DNA from: Auanema rhodensis
Taxonomy: Eukaryota > Animalia > Nematoda
Length of the DNA stretch: 64,000 bases
Direction: 5' to 3'
NCBI GenBank assembly: GCA_964057225.1
Contig: OZ059894.1
Span: 18,538,001 to 18,602,000 of the forward strand
The translations under genes were made by a program, and so were the position numbers. The notes under the pieces were generated by a model. It was given only the letters and a program-made list of their open reading frames with translations, made no database searches and was not told the origin of the DNA. Shown here one piece after another: positions 56,010 to 64,000 of the stretch; positions within the stretch are counted from its first letter, which is position 1; every line of letters starts with the position of its first letter.

Positions 56010-59000
56010 ACGCTTAATACAAAAATTAGTTATGATTGTTTGAAAAATGATGCATTAGTGTATGTTGAGTTTCCATGTACACTCAACATTGCTTCCAAAA
56101 ACATTTTGACAAAAATTTTTTCGAAAAATTTCAAAATAATTTAGCAAAAAGTAGATGTTTTTAGATTCCTTTTTTCAAGGCAAAGACGATGGACAATGTT
56201 ATTCAACGAAAAAATTAATTCTTCAGGGTGAAAATCGAGGATAGAAGTGTGAACTTATATCAGTTGATATCTCGGTGCATTTTTAAGCTAGCGCAAATCT
56301 GTTAACACAGATCAACGCAGCTTAAAAATCCGCATCGAATGCACTATACTACATTGAGAAACGCTCAAAACAAAAATTAGTTATGATCGTTTGAAAAATG
56401 ATGCATTAGTGTATGTTGAGTTTCCATGTACACTCAACATTGCTTCCAAAAACATTTTGACAAAAATTTTTTCGAAAAATTTCAAAATAATTTAGCAAAA
56501 AGTAGATGTTTTTAGATTCCGTTTTTTCAAGGCAAAGACGATGGACAATGTTATTCAACGAAAAAATTAATTCTTCAGGGTGAAAATCGAGGATAGAAGT
56601 GTGAACTTATATCAGTTGATATCTCGGTGCAATTTTAAGCTAGCGCAAATCTGTTAACACAGATCAACGCAGCTTAAAAATCCGCATCGAATGCACTATA
56701 CTACATTGAGAAACGCTCAAAACAAAAATTAGTTATGATCGTTTGAAAAATGATGCATTAGTGTATGTTGAGTTTCCATGTACACTCAACATTGCTTCCA
56801 AAAACATTTTGACAAAAATTTTTTCGAGAAATTTCAAAATAATTTAGCAAAAAGTAGATGTTTTTAGATTCCTTTTTTTCAAGGCAAAGACGATGGACAA
56901 TGTTATTCAACGAAAAAATTAATTCTTCAGGGTGAAAATCGAGGATATAAGTGTGAACTTATATCAGTTGATATCTCGGTGCATTTTTAAGCTAGCGCAA
57001 ATCTGATAACAGAGATCAACGCAGCTTAAAAATCCGCATCGAATGCACTATACTACATTGAGAAACGCTTAAAACAAAAATTAGTTATGATCGTTTGAAA
57101 AATGATGCATTAGTGTATGTTGAGTTTCCATGTACACTCAACATTGCTTCCAAAAACATTTTGACAAAAATTTTTTCGAAAAATTTCAAAATAATTTAGC
57201 AAAAAGTAGATGTTTTTAGATTCCTTTTTTCAAGGCAAAGACGATGGACAATGTTATTCAACGAAAAAATTAATTCTTCAGGGTGAAAAGCGAGGATATA
57301 AGTGTGAACTTATATCAGTTGATATCTCGGTGCATTTTTAAGCTAGCGCAAATCTGATAACACAGATCGACGCAGCTTAAAAATCCGCATCGAATGCACT
57401 ATACTACATTGAGAAACGCTTAATACAAAAATTAGTTATGATCGTTTGAAAAATGATGCATTAGTGTATGTTGAGTTTCCATGTACACTCAACATTGCTT
57501 CCAAAAACATTTTGACAAAAATTTTTTCGAAAAATTTCAAAATAATTTAGCAAAAAGTAGATGTTTTTAGATTCCTTTTTTCAAGGCAAAGACGATGGAC
57601 AATGTTATTCAACGAAAAAATTAATTCTTCAGGGTGAAAATCGAGGATAGAAGTGTGAACTTATATCAGTTGATATCTCGGTGCATTTTTAAGCTAGCGC
57701 AAATCTGTTAACACAGATCAACGCAGCTTAAAAATCCGCATCGAATGCACTATACTACATTGAGAAACGCTCAAAACAAAAATTAGTTATGATCGTTTGA
57801 AAAATGATGCATTAGTGTATGTTGAGTTTCCATGTACACTCAACATTGCTTCCAAAAACATTTTGACAAAAATTTTTTCGAAAAATTTCAAAATAATTTA
57901 GCAAAAAGTAGATGTTTTTAGATTCCTTTTTTCAAGGCAAAGACGATGGACAATGTTATTCAACGAAAAAATTAATTCTTCAGGGTGAAAATCGAGGATA
58001 GAAGTGTGAACTTATATCAGTTGATATCTCGGTGCATTTTTAAGCTAGCGCAAATCTGTTAACACAGATCAACGCAGCTTAAAAATCCGCATCGAATGCA
58101 CTATACTACATTGAGAAACGCTCAAAACAAAAATTAGTTATGATCGTTTGAAAAATGATGCATTAGTGTATGTTGAGTTTCCATGTACACTCAACATTGC
58201 TTCCAAAAACATTTTGACAAAAATTTTTTCGAAAAATTTCAAAATAATTTAGCAAAAAGTAGATGTTTTTAGATTCCTTTTTTCAAGGCAAAGACGATGG
58301 ACAATGTTATTCAACGAAAAAATTAATTCTTCAGGGTGAAAATCGAGGATAGAAGTGTGAACTTATATCAGTTGATATCTCGGTGCATTTTTAAGCTAGC
58401 GCAAATCTGTTAACACAGATCAACGCAGCTTAAAAATCCGCATCGAATGCACTATACTACATTGAGAAACGCTCAAAACAAAAATTAGTTATGATCGTTT
58501 GAAAAATGATGCATTAGTGTATGTTGAGTTTCCATGTACACTCAACATTGCTTCCAAAAACATTTTGACAAAAATTTTTTCGAAAAATTTCAAAATAATT
58601 TAGCAAAAAGTAGATGTTTTTAGATTCCTTTTTTTCGAGGCAAAGACGATGGACAATGTTATTCAACGAAAAAATTAATTCTTCAGGGTGAAAATCGAGG
58701 ATATAAGTGTGAACTTATATCAGTTGATATCTCGGTGCAATTTTAAGCTAGCGCAAATCTGATAACACAGATCGACGCAGCTTAAAAATCCGCATCGAAT
58801 GCACTATACTACATTGAGAAACGCTTAATACAAAAAATAGTTATGATCGTTTGAAACATGATGCATTAGTGTATGTTGAGTTTCCATGTACACTCAACAT
58901 TGCTTCCAAAAACATTTTGACAAAAATTTTTTCGAAAAATTTCAAAATAATTTAGCAAAAAGTAGATGTTTTTAGATTCCTTTTTTTCAAGGCAAAGACG

Positions 59001-62000
59001 ATGGACAATGTTATTCAACGAAAAAATTAATTCTTCAGGGTGAAAATCGAGGATATAAGTGTGAACTTATATCAGTTGATATCTCGGTGCAATTTTAAGC
59101 TAGCGCAAATCTGATAACACAGATCGACGCAGCTTAAAAATCCGCATCGAATGCACTATACTACATTGAGAAACGCTTAATACAAAAATTAGTTATGATC
59201 GTTTGAAACATGATGCATTGCTTCAACATTGCTTCCAAAAACATTTTGACAAAAATTTTTTCGAAAAATTTCAAAATAATTTAGCAAAAAGTAGATGTTT
59301 TTAGATTCCTTTTTTCAAGGCAAAGACGATGGACAATGTTATTCAACGAAAAAACTAATTCTTCAGGGTGAAAATCGAGGATATAAGTGTGAACTTATAT
59401 CAGTTGATATCTCGGTGCAATTTTAAGCTAGCGCAAATCTGATAACACAGATCGACGCAGCTTAAAAATCCGCATCGAATGCACTATACTACATTGAGAA
59501 ACGCTTAATACAAAAATTAGTTATGATCGTTTGAAACATGATGCATTGCTTCAACATTGCTTCCAAAAACATTTTGACAAAAATTTTTTCGAAAAATTTC
59601 AAAATAATTTAGCAAAAAGTAGATGTTTTTGATGCATTGCTTCAACATTGCTTCCAAAAACATTTTGACAAAAATTTTTTCGAAAAATTTCTAAATAATT
59701 TAGCAAAAAGTAGATGTTTTTAGATTCCTTTTTTCAAGGCAAAGACGATGGACAATGTTATTCAACGAAAAAATTAATTCTTCAGGGTGAAAATCGAGGA
59801 TAGAAGTGTGAACTTATATCAGTTGATATCTCGGTGCATTTTTAAGCTAGCGCAAATCTGTTAACACAGATCAACGCAGCTTAAAAATCCGCATCGAATG
59901 CACTATACTACATTGAGAAACGCTCAAAACAAAAATTAGTTATGATCGTTTGAAAAATGATGCATTAGTGTATGTTGAGTTTCCATGTACACTCAACATT
60001 GCTTCCAAAAACATTTTGACAAAAATTTTTTCGAGAAATTTCAAAATAATTTAGCAAAAAGTAGATGTTTTTAGATTCCTTTTTTTCAAGGCAAAGACGA
60101 TGGACAATGTTATTCAACGAAAAAATTAATTCTTCAGGGTGAAAATCGAGGATATAAGTGTGAACTTATATCAGTTGATATCTCGGTGCATTTTTAAGCT
60201 AGCGCAAATCTGATAACAGAGATCAACGCAGCTTAAAAATCCGCACCGAATGCACTATACTACATTGAGAAACGCTTAAAACAAAAATTAGTTATGATCG
60301 TTTGAAAAATGATGCATTAGTGTATGTTGAGTTTCCATGTACACTCAACATTGCTTCCAAAAACATTTTGACAAAAATTTTTTCGAAAAATTTCAAAATA
60401 ATTTAGCAAAAAGTAGATGTTTTTAGATTCCTTTTTTCAAGGCAAAGACGATGGACAATGTTATTCAACGAAAAAATTAATTCTTCAGGGTGAAAAGCGA
60501 GGATATAAGTGTGAACTTATATCAGTTGATATCTCGGTGCATTTTTAAGCTAGCGCAAATCTGATAACACAGATCGACGCAGCTTAAAAATCCGCATCGA
60601 ATGCACTATACTACATTGAGAAACGCTTAATACAAAAATTAGTTATGATCGTTTGAAAAATGATGCATTAGTGTATGTTGAGTTTCCATGTACACTCAAC
60701 ATTGCTTCCAAAAACATTTTGACAAAAATTTTTTCGAAAAATTTCAAAATAATTTAGCAAAAAGTAGATGTTTTTAGATTCCTTTTTTCAAGGCAAAGAC
60801 GATGGACAATGTTATTCAACGAAAAAATTAATTCTTCAGGGTGAAAATCGAGGATAGAAGTGTGAACTTATATCAGTTGATATCTCGGTGCATTTTTAAG
60901 CTAGCGCAAATCTGTTAACACAGATCAACGCAGCTTAAAAATCCGCATCGAATGCACTATACTACATTGAGAAACGCTCAAAACAAAAATTAGTTATGAT
61001 CGTTTGAAAAATGATGCATTAGTGTATGTTGAGTTTCCATGTACACTCAACATTGCTTCCAAAAACATTTTGACAAAAATTTTTTCGAAAAATTTCAAAA
61101 TAATTTAGCAAAAAGTAGATGTTTTTAGATTCCTTTTTTCAAGGCAAAGACGATGGACAATGTTATTCAACGAAAAAATTAATTCTTCAGGGTGAAAATC
61201 GAGGATAGAAGTGTGAACTTATATCAGTTGATATCTCGGTGCATTTTTAAGCTAGCGCAAATCTGTTAACACAGATCAACGCAGCTTAAAAATCCGCATC
61301 GAATGCACTATACTACATTGAGAAACGCTCAAAACAAAAATTAGTTATGATCGTTTGAAAAATGATGCATTAGTGTATGTTGAGTTTCCATGTACACTCA
61401 ACATTGCTTCCAAAAACATTTTGACAAAAATTTTTTCGAAAAATTTCAAAATAATTTAGCAAAAAGTAGATGTTTTTAGATTCCTTTTTTCAAGGCAAAG
61501 ACGATGGACAATGTTATTCAACGAAAAAATTAATTCTTCAGGGTGAAAATCGAGGATATAAGTGTGAACTTATATCAGTTGATATCTCGGTGCATTTTTA
61601 AGCTAGCGCAAATCTGATAACACAGATCGATGCAGCTTAAAAATCCGCATCGAATGCACTATACTACATTGAGAAACGCTTAATACAAAAATTAGTTATG
61701 ATCGTTTGAAACATGATGCATTGCTTCAACATTGCTTCCAAAAACATTTTGACAAAAATTTTTTCGAAAAATTTCAAAATAATTTAGCAAAAAGTAGATG
61801 TTTTTGATGCATTGCTTCAACATTGCTTCCAAAAACATTTTGACAAAAATTTTTTCGAAACATTTCAAAATAATTTAGCAAAAAGTAGATGTTTTTAGAT
61901 TCCTTTTTTCAAGGCAAAGACGATGGACAATGTTATTCAACGAAAAAATTAATTCTTCAGGGTGAAAATCGAGGATATAAGTGTGAACTTATATCAGTTG

Positions 62001-64000
62001 ATATCTCGGTGCATTTTTAAGCTAGCGCAAATCTGTTAACACAGATCAACGCAGCTTAAAAATCCGCATCGAATGCACTATACTACATTGAGAAACGCTC
62101 AAAACAAAAATTAGTTATGATCGTTTGAAAAATGATGCATTAGTGTATGTTGAGTTTCCATGTACACTCAACATTGCTTCCAAAAACATTTTGACAAAAA
62201 TTTTTTCGAAAAATTTCAAAATAATTTAGCAAAAAGTAGATGTTTTTAGATTCCTTTTTTCAAGGCAAAGACGATGGACAATGTTATTCAACGAAAAAAT
62301 TAATTCTTCAGGGTGAAAATCGAGGATATAAGTGTGAACTTATATCAGTTGATATCTCGGTGCATTTTTAAGCTAGCGCAAATCTGATAACACAGATCGA
62401 TGCAGCTTAAAAATCCGCATCGAATGCACTATACTACATTGAGAAACGCTTAATACAAAAATTAGTTATGATCGTTTGAAACATGATGCATTGCTTCAAC
62501 ATTGCTTCCAAAAACATTTTGACAAAAATTTTTTCGAAAAATTTCAAAATAATTTAGCAAAAAGTAGATGTTTTTAGATTCCTTTTTTTCAAGGCAAAGA
62601 CGATGGACAATGTTATTCAACGAAAAAATTAATTCTTCAGGGTGAAAATCGAGGATATAAGTGTGAACTTATATCAGTTGATATCTCGGTGCAATTTTAA
62701 GCTAGCGCAAATCTGATAACACAGATCGACGCAGCTTAAAAATCCGCATCGAATGCACTATACTACATTGAGAAACGCTTAATACAAAAATTAGTTATGA
62801 TCGTTTGAAACATGATGCATTGCTTCAACATTGCTTCCAAAAACATTTTGACAAAAATTTTTTCGAAAAATTTCAAAATAATTTAGCAAAAAGTAGATGT
62901 TTTTAGATTCCTTTTTTCAAGGCAAAGACGATGGACAATGTTATTCAACGAAAAAACTAATTCTTCAGGGTGAAAATCGAGGATATAAGTGTGAACTTAT
63001 ATCAGTTGATATCTCGGTGCAATTTTAAGCTAGCGCAAATCTGATAACACAGATCGACGCAGCTTAAAAATCCGCATCGAATGCACTATACTACATTGAG
63101 AAACGCTTAATACAAAAATTAGTTATGATCGTTTGAAACATGATGCATTGCTTCAACATTGCTTCCAAAAACATTTTGACAAAAATTTTTTCGAAAAATT
63201 TCAAAATAATTTAGCAAAAAGTAGATGTTTTTGATGCATTGCTTCAACATTGCTTCCAAAAACATTTTGACAAAAATTTTTTCGAAAAATTTCTAAATAA
63301 TTTAGCAAAAAGTAGATGTTTTTAGATTCCTTTTTTCAAGGCAAAGACGATGGACAATGTTATTCAACGAAAAAATTAATTCTTCAGGGTGAAAATCGAG
63401 GATAGAAGTGTGAACTTATATCAGTTGATATCTCGGTGCATTTTTAAGCTAGCGCAAATCTGTTAACACAGATCAACGCAGCTTAAAAATCCGCATCGAA
63501 TGCACTATACTACATTGAGAAACGCTCAAAACAAAAATTAGTTATGATCGTTTGAAAAATGATGCATTAGTGTATGTTGAGTTTCCATGTACACTCAACA
63601 TTGCTTCCAAAAACATTTTGACAAAAATTTTTTCGAGAAATTTCAAAATAATTTAGCAAAAAGTAGATGTTTTTAGATTCCTTTTTTTCAAGGCAAAGAC
63701 GATGGACAATGTTATTCAACGAAAAAATTAATTCTTCAGGGTGAAAATCGAGGATATAAGTGTGAACTTATATCAGTTGATATCTCGGTGCATTTTTAAG
63801 CTAGCGCAAATCTGATAACAGAGATCAACGCAGCTTAAAAATCCGCACCGAATGCACTATACTACATTGAGAAACGCTTAAAACAAAAATTAGTTATGAT
63901 CGTTTGAAAAATGATGCATTAGTGTATGTTGAGTTTCCATGTACACTCAACATTGCTTCCAAAAACATTTTGACAAAAATTTTTTCGAAAAATTTCAAAA
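56010..64000. repeat. Sub-domain C: monomers with private alleles GGATAGAAG, ACAGAGATC, GAAAAGCG, AAAACTAATT, TTTCTAAAT
   Basis: GGATAGAAG first appears at 56244 and recurs to 63405. I did not see these alleles earlier in the window. Confidence 0.75.

Larger units (their letters stand above)
19340..56010. repeat. Sub-domain B: 351/352-bp monomers interspersed with 328-, 419- and 442-bp variants in higher-order blocks
   Basis: First ACGCTCAAAA at 19701, first CCT7C at ~19860, first 328-bp unit at 20405, first 91-bp duplication junction at 21191. Confidence 0.8.
1..64000. repeat. Satellite DNA tandem array, 351-bp basic monomer, ~180 head-to-tail copies, open at both window ends
   Basis: The motif ACGCT(T/C)AA recurs at 1, 354, 707, 1060, 1413, 1764 and so on to the end of the window. 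Monomers differ only by a few SNPs and defined indels, all lie in the same orientation, and are ~69% AT with many A/T tracts. Confidence 0.99.

Noticed and set aside
54170-56043. Two identical 79-aa ORFs as protein-coding genes
   Set aside because: They are satellite sequence with two stops lost in one duplicated variant monomer, with no gene context or recognisable family. Kept only as part of a finding.
1-64000. CRISPR array or integron-like cassette array (repeated palindromes)
   Set aside because: There are no unique spacers or cassettes, since sequence between palindromes is as conserved as the palindromes. No cas or integrase gene is present.

Overview
The whole 64-kb window is one uninterrupted head-to-tail satellite DNA array of about 180 near-identical monomers. 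The basic unit is 351 bp and about 31% GC (hand count of monomer 1: 110 G+C in 353 bp). I see no genes, RNA genes, CRISPR spacers, transposon insertions, inversions or unique sequence, and the four ORF calls are by-products of single-monomer variants. Length classes are 351 bp, 353 bp (+TC, only left of ~19.3 kb), 352 bp (+T), 328 bp (net -23 bp), 419/420 bp (328 plus an internal 91-bp duplication) and 442 bp (351 plus the same 91 bp). Each monomer carries at least four dyad symmetries, the largest a ~67-bp interrupted stem-loop. Rare SNPs reveal nested higher-order repeats and block duplications at offsets of 1099, 1406, 1634, 1756, 2112, 2152, 2457, 3207, 3602, 8609 and 12426 bp, and at least three sub-domains with different variant sets. 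The most reasonable reading (inference) is eukaryotic centromeric or pericentromeric satellite; I cannot assign the species or family without a database search. I found no convincing novel gene system. The most interesting signals are the hairpin-rich monomer, the repair-like scar that made the 328-bp class, and the record of recent array evolution.
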